Source: Octopus sinensis (lineage: Eukaryota). Taken from it: DNA of 64,000 nucleotides. The position numbers were made by a program, and so were the translations under genes. The notes below the pieces were generated by a model that was given only the letters and a program-made list of their open reading frames with translations, ran no database searches and was not told the DNA's origin. Positions 40,763 through 53,715 of the stretch are shown here, in pieces (the first letter of the stretch is position 1; the number at the start of each line of letters is the position of its first letter). The stretch is from positions 174,158,001 to 174,222,000 of the forward strand of contig NC_042999.1 in the NCBI RefSeq assembly GCF_006345805.1, given 5' to 3'.

Positions 40763-43700
40763 TTAATTTCTCTGTGTCAGTATGTTCGGATGGTTGAGTC
40801 TGGGTTTGTACTTTTCAATGAAGAATGTTTCCTTGTTCAGTCTCATTTGTGTTGATGATCCGAAAGCACATTGGTAAAATGGGAAGATTAAAAATTGTGG
40901 CAGTAGTTGCTTTGCGCATTTCTCGATGTGCTCACTAAAAGGTATCATTCTATATTCTGGGAATGCAATCTGTTGTCGATGCAGTGTGCATCTGCGCCTG
41001 AGTGATAGTCCCGTGGAACCCACGTAGTCTTGGTGGCAGCCCGAGCATTTAATAACATAAATTATGTTTTCAGAGGCACAAGTAAAGTTAGATTTGATCT
41101 TAATTTCTGTCCCTCTTTAAAGAGAATTCTGATCCTTCCAATAGGTTAGGACATGTTGCACAGTTCGATCTACCACATTTTTTACTTTTGCATCCGTCCG
41201 TAATTTTAGAAGACAATTTTGCCTTTGTGAGAATCTTTTTAAGTGATTTAGGCTGTTTGTAGCTTTTAATGATTTGGTGTATGTTTAGAATTTCCTTTAA
41301 TTTTGGGTTTTTATGAAGTATTGGTAAATTCTGGGTGATGATGGTGAAGGCTTCTTTGTTTCTGGGGTTGTATGTAGATATGTAAGGTAGTATTTTCGGG
41401 GAAGGTGTGTTGTTGTGTTGAACTTTTCTTAAAGTTTCTATGTTGATTTCTGTTGCACGTCTGATCCCATCCTCTATGAGTTGAGCTGGGTAATGTCTGT
41501 CAATTAGGGTGTTTTTGAGTTCTTGCAGTCTAAAGTTCCTGGTATTTTGTTCTGACACTATTGTGCATATCCTTCTTGCAAGGTTGAAGGGGATGTTTGT
41601 TTTAGTGTGTCTTGGGTGGCATGAATTAAAAAGAAGGTATTGTTTGGCGTCTGTGGCTTTGTAAAAAATGTCTGTTTCTATTTTAAGGTTAATTTTTTTA
41701 ATTAGTATATCCAAGAACGGGAGCTCCTTTTGGTTGTATTCCATTGTGAACTGTATATTTGGGTTTATGCTGTTCAATAGGTTTTTAAATTTTAGGAGTT
41801 TATCTATGTTTTCATTCCAGAGAATGAAACAATCGTCTAGGAATCGTTTCCAATTCTCTTTTATGTATTGAGAGAGGGAGTTTCCAAAGATTGATAGAGA
41901 TTCCTGGTAAATTATTTCCATGTATCCCATTGTTAAGTTCGCAATGACTGGTGCTGCCCTTGTACCCATAGCAATTCCGGATTTTTGACGGTAAAATGTA
42001 TTGTCAAACATGAAGTGGTTATTGTGTAGGATGAATTCAATTGATTTAGTAATGAATTCCTTACTGATCCTTTTTGGTATTTCTTCCGGAAATTGGTCTA
42101 ACCAGAATTGTATTGCCTCCAGTCCATAATTATGAGGTATACTGGTATACAAGTTGACTACATCAAATGAAACCAGGATTGTTTCTTCCTTGGTTTTTTT
42201 TGGAAGGTGGTTTAACATATCTAAGTCATCTCTGATATGGCTATCGATATGTTTAAGGAAGGGTTTCAAGAGGATGTCCATAAGTAGACTTAGTCTGTGT
42301 GTTTCACAGGTTGGGCCAGCTACAATGGGTCGTAGTTTTAGGTCCCCCGGATTAGGTGTGTGTATGTATGTCTTTGGTGATTTTTAATGGTTTCATTTAT
42401 AATTTGACTTTTATGAATTTTTGGCAGACCATAGAAAAGGCTAGGTTTGCATTTAAAGTTTGTTAGGAAATCAATCTCTTTGGTTGTCAGTTCCTTTTCA
42501 TGGGTTTTAATTAGTGAAGATAGAGTTTTCATTATTTTTTGTGGGGTGTAGTTGGTAATTTTTCATAATGTAGGTCTTCATCAAGCAAGGAAATTACAAG
42601 ATTTCTGTAGTATGATGTATCCATTATTACAACTGCATTTCCCTTGTCCGCTTCCTTAATGGTTATATCTTCATCATTTTGGAGTTCTATCAGTTCTTTC
42701 CATTGTGTATTGTTAAAATTTGGGTTAGCTTTCTGTTTATGTATAGTATGGTAGGGGAAGTTCTCAATGTGGTTACAGAATTCGTCAAGATCTTTATTTC
42801 TTCCTCTGTGTGGGATGTGTTCACTTTTGTTCTTGACAAGTGATTCATCTTCAGTATTGAAACTGTTTGATGCTTCTGCTAGTCTTAATTTTCTGCAAAA
42901 TTCTGTTATATTATCCTTGAGTTCATTTAGGTTTGCTCTGCGTGGAGTTGGTGTAAATTTGAGCCCTTTTGCGAGGATGTCAATTTTTATGTTAGAAAGA
43001 GGTTTGGTTGAAAGATTGATTATCTTCGGTTTTTCCTTATTACTAGGTTCCAGCCTGTGTCCTGGTGTCCCTGGTCCCTGGCTAAAAAATGTTGGGTGTA
43101 ATTTTGTTTGTATGAGTTGTCTGTGAGGTTGTGTGGTATTTGGTCGGGGGAGTGGTGGTATTGTTGCCTCCGATCGTTGTGTGTGTGTGGAAATCTATGG
43201 TTGTTAATGCTTGTGGTGTGTGTAAAATTTCTGTATGGGGAATATTTTTGTTTCGAACTTCTTGTATGTGGGATGTTGCTTGACATAGTGTTTCTTTGCG
43301 TTTGTCTTGTGTTTAGTGGGGACCAGTAGTTTTGGTTCATGGGGTAGTAGTGATTTGTGTGTGGTGTATTTCTTATCCTAGTGTCGTATTGTGCTGTATG
43401 GTGGTTGGGTCTGGTATTATGATGTTGTTGGTTTGTTCTGTTTTTGGTGTAATTTCTTTCATAGACGCGTCCTCTTTCAGCTAGTTCCCTGTTAGGTCTA
43501 GCGTGGTTTTGTAGAGGTTGGTTGTGGGTGATTTCTGTTTTTAGTGTATGGAGGATAGTTGGGGGTTGTTCGTGGGTTTTTTAGGTTTTTCTTTTTTATT
43601 TATTGTAATTTTCTTAAGGAAGGGATTATTTGTACCCAATTCATTTTTGAAGGTTTCACTATATTTTTGGAAGAAGTCCATGTTTTTCTCCCAGCGTAGG

Positions 43701-43880
43701 AGAGAATTTCTCTCTTCTCTCTCACAGGAATCCTTCCAGTGATCCAATGTATTATCGAGGGGTTGTCCCTCGGTATATTTTAGTATTTGATTGTGCATCT
43801 CCTCGTCTATGCTTTTAAGTTTTTCTTCATTTGTGGAGGCCCTGAGTCTTAGAAGCTCTATTTCTGATTTAAAATTGAAC
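40763..43880 (-). pseudogene. PLE polyprotein (RT, Cys linker, GIY-YIG endonuclease) broken by several frameshifts
   Basis: ILAKGLKFTPTP; IKEADKGNAVVIMD; FYGLPKIHK; LRPIVAG; LVSFDVVNLYTSIPH; GIAMGTRAAP; WKRFLDDCF; CGRSNCATC; FTCASENIIYVIKCSGCHQDYVGSTG..HRQQI..HIEKC. Confidence 0.9.
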
Positions 43881-44200
43881 AGAGCTGACTTTTCTCTAAT
43901 AGATGAGAAATGCGCAAAGCAACTACTGCCACAATTTTTAATCTTCCCATTTTACCAATGTGCTTTCGGATCATCAACACAAATGAGACTGAACAAGGAA
44001 ACATTCTTCATTGAAAAGTACAAACCCAGACTCAACCATCCGAACATACTGACACAGAGAAATTAACAAGGAAATGGGAAAAAAAATTTTTTAAGCGATT
44101 ATCTCCCCTACACCGGAAAAAATCACTCACTACCTCCCCTTTTAGAAATCTCCTGGAAATAAAAACAACGATAATTCCATACAATAAAACATAACGTCAC

Positions 44201-44240
44201 AAGAAATTTGAAAAGCTACACGCGAAACCGGTAATTTCTT
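44201..44240 (+). ncRNA. Identical class B hammerhead in the inverted pLTR
   Basis: AAGAAATTTGAAAAGCTACACGCGAAACCGGTAATTTCTT read directly. Confidence 0.7.
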
Positions 44241-44389
44241 TAAAAATTTTAAAATTATGTCATTTTAAGGAAAGGAAAAAAATTTTTCCAATATTCTCCA
44301 GACATTTTGACACAATATATATATTTTTAACATTTAAGCCTTCTGTCGTTTTTTCACACTTTACTATTTTCTTATATATATATATATTA

Positions 44390-44818
44390 TTCTTTTACTC
44401 TTTTACTCTTTTACTTGTTTCAGTCATTTTGACTGCGGCCATGCTGGAGCACCGCCTTTAGTCGAGCAAATCGACCCCGGGACTTATTCTTTGTAAGCCT
44501 AGTACTTATTCTATCGGTCTCTTTTGCCGAACCGCTAAGTGACGGGGACGTAAACACACTAGCATCGGTTGTCAAGCAATGCTAGGGGGACAAACACAGA
44601 CACACAAACACACACACACGCACACACACACGCATATATATATATATATATATACGACAGGCTTCTTTCAGTTTCCGTCTACCAAATCCACTCACAAGGC
44701 ATTGGTCGGCCCGGGGCTATAACAGAAGACACTTGCCCAAGATGCCACGCAGTGGGACTGAACCCGGAACCATGTGGTTGGTTAGCAAGCTACTTACCAC
44801 ACAGCCGCTCCTGCACCT
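44390..44818 (-). mobile_element. tRNA-derived SINE family 2, full length
   Basis: Reverse complement of the 36577-36988 architecture. Confidence 0.9.
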
Positions 44819-45244
44819 ATATATATATATATATATATAATATATATATATAACTGCATATGTACAATCGCATATATGCATTCATTTATATATGTATACA
44901 TTTTAACGTTTCAAAACACTGCCATTTCAAGGTGATATTCGCAATTTAGGAATTAAAAATGACTGGATTTCTGTCGTTTTCAACAACGGGTATTCAGCTG
45001 TTCGATCAACTGAACTACCTATTCATTAAATTTAAGTGATTGAATCTTCTGAGGTCTTGTGAAACCTTACCGTAAATCTCAGGATCAGAGTGAGACAACG
45101 TTGGACCTTTGAATTACAGGTAGAATTTATCCGATGAGCTTAGCTTAAGATGCAATGCAGTAGGATACAATTCCGAACCTCGAGGTTTCGAATCACATTT
45201 CTTAAAAAATTACCCATCATTCATCTATATAGTGTATGTGTGCC

Positions 45245-45282
45245 TAACACATACACTAACATAGATGGACATACAGACATAC

Positions 45283-45369
<87 letters not shown>

Positions 45370-45402
45370 CAGACAGACAAACAGACATACAGACAGACAG
45401 AC

Positions 45403-45491
<89 letters not shown>
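45245..45491. repeat. (GATA)n/(GACA)n array abutting the Tx1 3' end
   Basis: Directly visible. Confidence 0.95.
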
Positions 45492-45492
<1 letters not shown>

Positions 45493-45791
45493 CTTTCTTT
45501 TATTAGCCACATAGGGCTGAATACAGTGGGGACAGATACAAATGCAGAACTTTTTTTTTCGAGGGTGGAAAAAAAAGAAAATAAATGTAAGATTGCGATC
45601 AAAAGGGATCGAGAGGAGGAAAAAAAAAGAAAAGAAATCGTGTATCACAGAAATAATGATAAAAACATTGATATAACAAGATTGGGTTCATCCGTGGGAA
45701 GAAAAGCCTACAGAAAAGACCACGGGAACATCAGTCAGGGAGGAAATAACCACATGAGATCAAAATGCTCTCTTTCTTTCTTTTTTACGAT

Positions 45792-48700
45792 CTACAGGAT
45801 CATGCTCAAAATGGTTTCGTCACTAGCACGCACCATCTTTGCAACATTCACCCATCTTTTTTTGAATCTTTCGCGAGACAAAACTTCCCTCTCCATTCTC
45901 ACCTTCCTTTTCAAGTGGTACTTGAAAAAGTTGATGAGCGATTGGCCAGAGAGGTAAGTGTTTGTCTCTAATCCTTTCGCTCGGGTCCACTACACACATT
46001 CTTTCACCATGGCCACCAGTACGATGAAAACTGCCTTGCCTTCCCGGTTGAGGGAAGGGGGTGGAGCAATTCTCACGATAGACTCGGCCGATAGGCGGAA
46101 TCGTCCCACACGTGACAGCAGCCGTTCGGCATAAGCCCACAGGTCTGAAATGGTTGGACATTGCACGAGTGCGTGCAGAACGGTTTCGTCGCTCTGACCG
46201 CATCTCGGGCAAGTCGGTCCAGTGTGTCTGGAACCGTGTCTGTAGAGCTTATCCCGAACAGGTAATGCTTCTCGATAGCACTGCCAGGCCAGGGATCTTT
46301 GGTGATTGTTCATAGGTCCCGGCCCGAAAGTTGTCCTGAACAGGCGGGTCAGGTGTTCCTCGTCGACGCCCAGACTCTGCCCGAGTTTGTCGTCGCACCT
46401 CCCCTCCACTAATCCTCTATAGAATGCCTTTGTTGTGATGGAGTCGCACAAGTTCGATCCCGGACGGCAGAGTTGCTTAAGAGCAACGCGACACTCGCGG
46501 TGCCATTCGCCTAGCCTCGGTCTCTGCTTGATCCATGACTGTAGTTCGTCCAAGGAGACGAGCTGCGGGAAAGCGCGCCGCAGAAAAGGCGACCACACCT
46601 GTTCACCGTTGTCTATGAAGCGCCGGAGATGTCGCAGTCTCAGCGCATGTCTGCGCATCATCAACCACGGCATGCCCAGCCCTCCATTTAGCGGGTGTTG
46701 ACAGCAAATGGATCGCCTAACCATCGGAACGTTTCCCTTCCACAAGAAGCGGAAGAGTATACGTTCCAGTTTGGTGATGGTAGGGTCGGGACAAGACACG
46801 ACGGTCAGACGATACTCGATGACGGATGCGATGTACGCGTTCGCCACCTCCGCCCGACCTTTTAGGGATAGCTTTCTCTCAGCCCATTTCTGGGTGAGAG
46901 TAGCCACCCTAGTCGTTATTTCGCCCCAGTTCTTCTCCATTTGGAGGTCCGGACCGAACCAGACCCCGAGCAATTTAACCGGTCCGTCCGTCCAGCGTCC
47001 CACGATGGAGACGCTGTTGGACGGCATGGGCCTGCTTCTCCAGGTGCCGAGCCGCAAGCCCACTGACTTTTCCCGGTTAATTTTTGCTCCCGTTACCGCT
47101 TCGTATTCTTTTAGTGTCTCACCGACCAGCTCGATGTGCTGGTAGCTCGACACTATGACGGTGACGTCATCCGCGTATGCAGACACGCTCCTCCCGCATC
47201 CCAGCTCTCGTGGGATGCCCCTCGGCGTCGCCAGTTTCCGCAGTAGTGGCTCCAGAGTCAATACATACAGCAGCGATGAGAGGGGGCATCCCTGACGAAC
47301 CGAACGCATGATGTTAAAAGATCTGGATAGATGACCATTTGCGCGAACTACTGAGCGGATGCCGCTGTATAACCGCGGAAAACTGGACCGAAACCAGCCG
47401 CTTTAAGGACAGCCTCTAAGTAGTGATGGTCTACCCTATCGAAGGCTTTTGATTGATCCAAATTGATCAGCGCCCCACCCATGCCAGGATTCTTAACTAC
47501 CCTGTCTATGATGTAGCGCATCAGATGGAGGTTGTCATGAATACTTCTACCCGGCACGGCGCATGTTTGCGCCTTGTCGATTAGTTTCTTGATGACAAGC
47601 GCCAACCTCTCGGCTAACACCTTGGCCAAAATTTTCAAATCTGCGTTGAGCAGAGTGATGGGCCTGAAATTATCTATGACGTCCCCCTTGTTTGGGTCTT
47701 TCTTAATTAGTGCCACTGCTCCTCGCTTTACAAAAGCAGGAATACTCCCGTTTTGCTGCCAGTTGCAGTAGACAGCTGCCAAGACGCCTCCAAACAAGTC
47801 TGGCATATGAAAATAAGTTCGTAGGGCAGACCATCCAAGCCTGGTGACTTGTCTCTCGCGCAGCCTACCATCGCATCCTGTACGTCCGCAGCTGTGATAG
47901 GCCTTTCACAAGACTCCACCTCTCTTGCTGAGAGTCGTGGCAAGGCATGCAGGTAGGCACTAAAGTCCACTCTGCGTTCTGACCCACCACTTGTCCCAAA
48001 CAGTTGGGTGAAGTGTTGTTGAAAAGCCCCACACATCCTTTTAGGCTCGAGCAATTCGCGCCCCTGTTCATCTATAAGAGACTTGATGGTGGCTCTGTTG
48101 CCTCGTTGCGTCTCCACCACTCGGGCCTCTTGGGCGGCTCCAACTCCTTCGTTCCTCAAAGCACGCATCCTAGCTCTGACAACGCATCCCTCGTGTTTGG
48201 CGTTGAGGTGTTGGTCGAGGGCCAATCTCGCCGCCAGCACGTTGGACGCGATGCCAGTTCTAAGTGCCTCTTCTAAAACCTTAACTAATTCTCCCTCTAT
48301 TCTATTTCGGTCTAATGCTAGGGCTTTACTGTATCTGACTGATTCTGCTTTAATTGCTTTTTTTAGGGCATACCACCATCTGTTGTTGATGATGGTACCC
48401 GTCAAAGCTCTCTTAACTAATGTGCTGATCCGATCCCTGTAAAATGTCGTGCTGTAAAAGACGCGTTCAGTTTCCAGTAACCAGGACCCTGCCTATGTGT
48501 CTTATCTAAGTCAAGTGTACAAGTCACAAACTTGTGATCTGTGTAACTGACTATATGAAATTGTGGACAACCTACACTATTTTTATCTATTGCCCTACAG
48601 AATACTCTAAGTATGATCTGGACGACCCGATGCGGTTACTCCATGTCCACATTGGCACATTCGGGTGGTCCAGTCGGTACCTGTCAGACAGTTGGAAACG

Positions 48701-49210
48701 TCTGAGCAGGTCTTTGAGGCATTTGCATCCCCTTCTATTGCTATCTCTGCCCACGTAGTCTAGATGCGTGTCCAGGGTGGCATTCCAATCCCCCACTAAA
48801 AGTAAAGGACGAGACGTTCCCATGAAATACTCTAGACGTCGAAAGAAATCTGGTCGGCCTGTTAAGGACGGAGCATAAACTGCTATCAGTCGAAAAGCAC
48901 ACTCATTGCTGCCATCGACATCCAAAACGACCAGCCTACCCTCCGGGTCTAGGAAATTTGCTCTTACTTTGAGATCCAGACTCTTCCGGATAAGCACCGC
49001 GATGCCACCTCCGCCCATTCTCGGTAGACACGGAGAAAAATAAATGTTGAAATGTGTACCGAAACTGTGGTGGAGTGCCCGCAAGCTGTGGAGTCTGGTC
49101 TCACTGATGGCTATGATATTCAGATTTAGTGACTTGATGTCATTTAACAGGTAGCCTTGTTTCCAAGGCGACCCCAAGCCACGTACATTTATACTGCCTA
49201 TTCTGAGCAT
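45792..49210 (-). pseudogene. Tx1 ORF2 (AP endonuclease, reverse transcriptase, Zn motif), several frameshifts and one premature stop
   Basis: MLRIGSINVRGL..SETRL..VYAP..GDWNA; GPGYWKLN; KSPGLDGLPYE; FRPITLLNADLKILAK; LDQSKAFDRVDH; VRQGCPLS; AYADDVT; CPRCGQSDETVLHALVQC. Confidence 0.9.
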
Positions 49211-49348
49211 GTTCCGATAAAATTGTGTTTTACACACGAAAAGAAAGTGCAAAAAAGGAAAGAGAGAGAGAAAAGGTTACTTGTTGTTCGAAAGTCCTTT
49301 GTTTTTCACCTCACGGTCTTCTTCTATGAGGCTTTTGTATAGTTTTTT

Positions 49349-51578
49349 TTATGAATACTTTTGAAATCTCCCTACTGCATCAGGGTAAAGAGATTTCAGG
49401 GTGCTGTATGTGTTCTGTGTTACGTGTATTATTTTAATGTGTTGTGGTGGTGTTGTGCGTGGGTGGTTACTTGTTTTTATGTCGTTTTCAGTTATGTTGG
49501 TGTTTGACCTAATGTGTTCCATTAGGTCGTGGTTGTTTGTGTTTATGGCTGTCAACATTGTTGGGGGGTTTGATGATGGTGTGTTTGTGTTGATGTGTTT
49601 GTTTTCTGTGGATGCTTTTGTTTCGGGAGTGGTGTATCTTCCTGCTTTGTTTGTTATCTTTTCTTTTCTTTTTTTTCCCCTTTTTCTTCTACCCCCTGTG
49701 GCTATTTGCCAATCTTCTGTGTCTTCTTCGTCTAATGACAAATCAGAAGAATCAGAGCTTGGAAGAGGGAAAATATTGGGGTCAATTGTAGACTGTGTTG
49801 ATTTTGTTGTTGGTGTTGGTTGGTGAGCGTTTGGTTGTGGTGTATGCGGTTTTGGAGGTGGGGTGTGGGTATTTTGTGTTTGAGTGATTGTAGGTATTGT
49901 TGTGTTGTTTGGGGTGTCAATTTTGTGGGGATTTGGAGTAGTAATTGTTTCTTCATTTTCGATGAGTGTCTTTTTGGCAGATGTCCTTGGTTTGGGAGTT
50001 GGTTTATTCTTGATTGTTGTTGGTGGTGTTGCTTCTGTTCTTGGTGCAGTTGGTGTGGTTGTTTGGTTGGTGAGGTTTGTTTTTTGTTGGTTTTCTGTGA
50101 TTAGTCCTGTTCGTGCAAAATGTGGTGTGGGTAGTAAAGCTGGGTTATTTGTTTTTTCCGGCTGCTGTTGTTGTTGCTGTTGTTTTCTTGCGGCAGATTT
50201 GCAGTCTTTTTTTAGGTGTTGCTCACTGCCGCATATGTAGCAACGTGGCCTTCTGCCATCGACGACCACATACAACTTGTGGTCTTCTGATACACATATC
50301 TGGGTGGGTATTTTCTTTATGTCTTCTTGGTTTATATGTAGTAGAAATTCTACTTTTTTTCCCACCCAGTTTTGGTGCTCCGTGACCGTGGTTTCTAAAA
50401 TTGTGAAATCTTTCATTTTCACACATAAGGCCTTTACTAGCCATAGATTATTAGCTATTTTTGGGACATTGTTTAAAGTGATCTTAGTCACTTTCTGTCC
50501 ACGATAGCTTGGTGTCAGTTGAAGTTCATCTGAATGAAGAGTTAGCGTTGAGAAACGTCTTGCTAACTCTTCAGTGTGGAAGACCACTTGTATGTGTGCG
50601 AACTTGTTCCACCGGGTCACATAGTCTTTGTAGTTCCAGATGGGTTTCAAGCATTTTTCTATTTTGCTTGTGTTAGCTTTCTCTGGACTTTTTGTTTTCT
50701 TATTAATTATTTTATAAATAATTGTTCTTTTTTTTTTCATCTTCTAATATTTCTTCTGGTATGTTTATTTTTACTATACCATCTACTTCCGTTATTGTAA
50801 TGTTCGTGTCTTTTATTTGTTGTGCAGTAAAATATACTGTTGTCTTTTTTTCTTTAATCGCCTCGGCGAAATTTGTTGTTGTTTTGTTATTGTTGTTGCT
50901 GGTGGTGATGTTGTTGTTGGCTGCAGTTGGTAAAATCGGTGTATTTGGTTTGATTGTGCAAGTAGGAAGGGGTAGAAAATTACTTGCATAATTTATTTCT
51001 GTATTCGAGCAGCTTTTGTCAATTTGTTTGGTGGTCACAGTCTTTTGTTTATTCACTTCAGTTCTTGGTGTTGGAGTAAAACAGGTCTGAACGGAATTGT
51101 TGTTGTTGTTATTGTTGTTTTTGTTGTTGGTGGTGGTGTCAGTGGCAGAAGAGACAGCCGTGGCAGCAGATGTCGAAATGGTGGCGCAATTTTTATTTTT
51201 GTTGTCATTGTTATTGTTGTTGTTGGTAGTTGAGGTAGTGGATGAGGTGGCGGCGGTGGTGGTGGTGGTGGTGAAGGCGGTGGTGGTAACAGTAGTAGTC
51301 TCTATGTTGTTCTTGCTAGTGGTGGTGTTGGTGACAGGGCTGTTACTACAAGTAGTTGTAGCGTTCATTGCAAAGTCATTGATGATTTTACTTTGCGCGC
51401 ATAAATTCTTTTTTTCTCCTAGCGTTTCCAGTCTAGGAGAAAGCTGGTCGATAAAGGAACACGACCATCGTTCTACAATACAATTTCTTGACATTTTCAA
51501 AATGTCGAGAAAGAAATTACAAAAATTAAATAGGGTTGAAACTGCCCCTAGGGGCGAATTCCTCCCTTGGAAAAGCAC
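49349..51578 (-). pseudogene. Tx1 ORF1 (gag-like; CYICGSEQHLKKDC knuckle), split by one frameshift in an A10 run
   Basis: ORFs 50712-51578 and 49349-50740 overlap at GATGAAAAAAAAAAGAAC. Removing one A joins them into ~740 codons with T/N-rich and P/T-rich low-complexity tracts. Confidence 0.8.
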
Positions 51579-52686
51579 TCAAACGAAAGTTGGGTGCCTT
51601 ACACACCTTATTTACAAAAATGTACACAAAATATGGGCTATAAATAGATAAATGTTTGAGGGTATAGCCGATCATATCAACCCAGTACTTGGCTGGTACT
51701 TTATTTTATCAGTCCTGAAAAGATGAAAGGTTAAGTTGCTCTCGGACAATAAGGGAAAAATACCACTAGGCATTTTTCCGATACCCTTACGATTCTACCA
51801 GTCCACCGCCGCAAACTCTACGCTACGAATAAAAAATAGCGTCAGCTCTATAGTCCTGTTTTGTTTGAAATACTTTTTCTTCAACTTCTAATTCCCCAAT
51901 CGATACTCAGTCTTAGTTTCATCTTCAAGACACAAAATCTTAAAATTCTAGAAATATAGAGTTAATTACTACATAATTCAGTAGTCTATATTCACTAACT
52001 GGCATTGCTTTCGTGATTAAATCTAACTTCCGGGCTTATAAAAATATTTTGGAGAAACTATTCTCTATTAGTCTAGAGAACCATAATTGCTATTACAACA
52101 GAGTTTTTAATCATGAGATTTGCAACCTATGAATTTCTATTAAACTTTTCTTCTTTTTATTAACCTTGATGTTTCCTACCGCATCGAATTCTCCTATTTA
52201 ACTTTCCGTCCAAGAATAATTCTAGATTACTTTTTTTATGAACTCGTTTATATTTTCTTTATTTGTACTCCAAATCTACAATTAATTTCTAACGAGATTT
52301 TCACTGATTTATCTCTATCCACTTTGTGATATTTTATATTCTTTCAAAATCTAATTTTTATTCGATAATGTTTTATAACAGAATTTATTGCGGATGAAAA
52401 TTCTTCGTGTTATGTGTGATACATTTGGATTTATAATTCCATTGTCCCAGCATTTACTAATTTGCTCTCAATAGCCAATTCCAGCCAACACACATATTGT
52501 CAGCTTGACAGTGCATTGCAACAGCTAATGTTATTTTTTTAGATATGTACGACTTATTTTTGCCTTCTTGTATACAGCCATCTGAATGTTATTGCTATTT
52601 TGCGCGAAGATTCAAAGATACGTTTCGATCGACTATTTTACTTTCTTCTTTGCCTGTTATGCAGTTGTTCAAACACACGCACACAC

Positions 52687-52738
<52 letters not shown>

Positions 52739-53436
52739 TCACACATGTATTATATGTGATACATTCATAACCACATTTTCTAAAGAATACTTTTATTTGT
52801 AGATGGCAATCCTATTTGGTTACATCTTGATACACTTTTGTCTATGATCATATTTGCTTGAGTACCAAGACCTACTTTTTTAAAAATTACCCGCTCAGGT
52901 TGTATTCACATATTTTCCATATACATTTTTATATTTTTATAATTCCCCCCCAACAAATTTTATTAGCTGTTTTTCAAAAACCAATTTCCTTAATGTTTTT
53001 CGTTTCTAAGTCTCACATCTATCAATAAATAGATGTTCTCTAGATACAATGGTTTACCTGCACATGCTTCTTTTTATGATTTTATTCTATATAACATGGC
53101 TTGTAGTTGGTTTGATTATTACTTTAATATTAATATCCGCAGCAAAAACAAATACCTATTTAATTTGATCATACTACTGCTTTTTATATTGCATATTGCT
53201 TTTAGTAACAACTTGTACGCACATACATTTCATTGTTTTGAAACCATCAGGCATAAGGTAAGCGTTATTTTTTAATAATACACATATTTTATTTTATTTT
53301 ATTCTCTTTGCAATACGTTCGAATTTTTATGAATGTATACGAAAATTATGAAGCTCTGCTCTTTACAATATATATACAGACGATCAGGTTGTTGTTTTAA
53401 CGGGTGACTTATAAACAGAGAGAAAGTGAAGTAAAT

Positions 53437-53523
<87 letters not shown>

Positions 53524-53715
53524 GATAGATAGATAGCATTTTTCCCTAAACATGCATTGTATTACTTTATTTGAAATGCTACGGTTTGCCAATATTTTTA
53601 CAACAACTCCCCAATAGAAACAATTTTTTGTTACGTCTGATAAAATTGCACATTACAATCCAATAAGGTCTTATCATTTCATTTGGTATATCTTTTTGTT
53701 AATATCGTATTAAAT

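Larger units (their letters stand above)
40403..44372 (-). mobile_element. Neptune-type Penelope-like element, 5'-truncated, with inverted pseudo-LTR
   Basis: Minus-strand RT and GIY-YIG coding. 40452-40924 is the reverse complement of 43905-44372. The downstream copy has a ~45-bp 3' tail (40403-40451) missing from the inverted copy. Both ends lie in (TA)n. Confidence 0.92.
45492..51650 (-). mobile_element. Near full-length Tx1-clade (L1 group) non-LTR retrotransposon, ~6.1 kb
   Basis: 5' UTR, ORF1 with a CCHC knuckle, ~140-bp spacer, ORF2 (APE, RT, C-terminal Cys/His motif), ~300-bp 3' UTR ending AATAAAAGAAAG then (TATC)n with no poly(A). Confidence 0.92.

Noticed and set aside
40763-43880. 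Selenocysteine (in-frame TGA) usage, as reported for some Naiad PLEs
   Set aside because: The conserved Cys positions I read in the linker and endonuclease are TGT/TGC codons, and the domain order is RT then endonuclease, not Naiad-type.
42767-51651. Plus-strand ORFs overlapping the PLE and Tx1 elements (e.g. 49401-49826, 51097-51651)
   Set aside because: Antisense shadows of A/C-rich retroelement coding strands.
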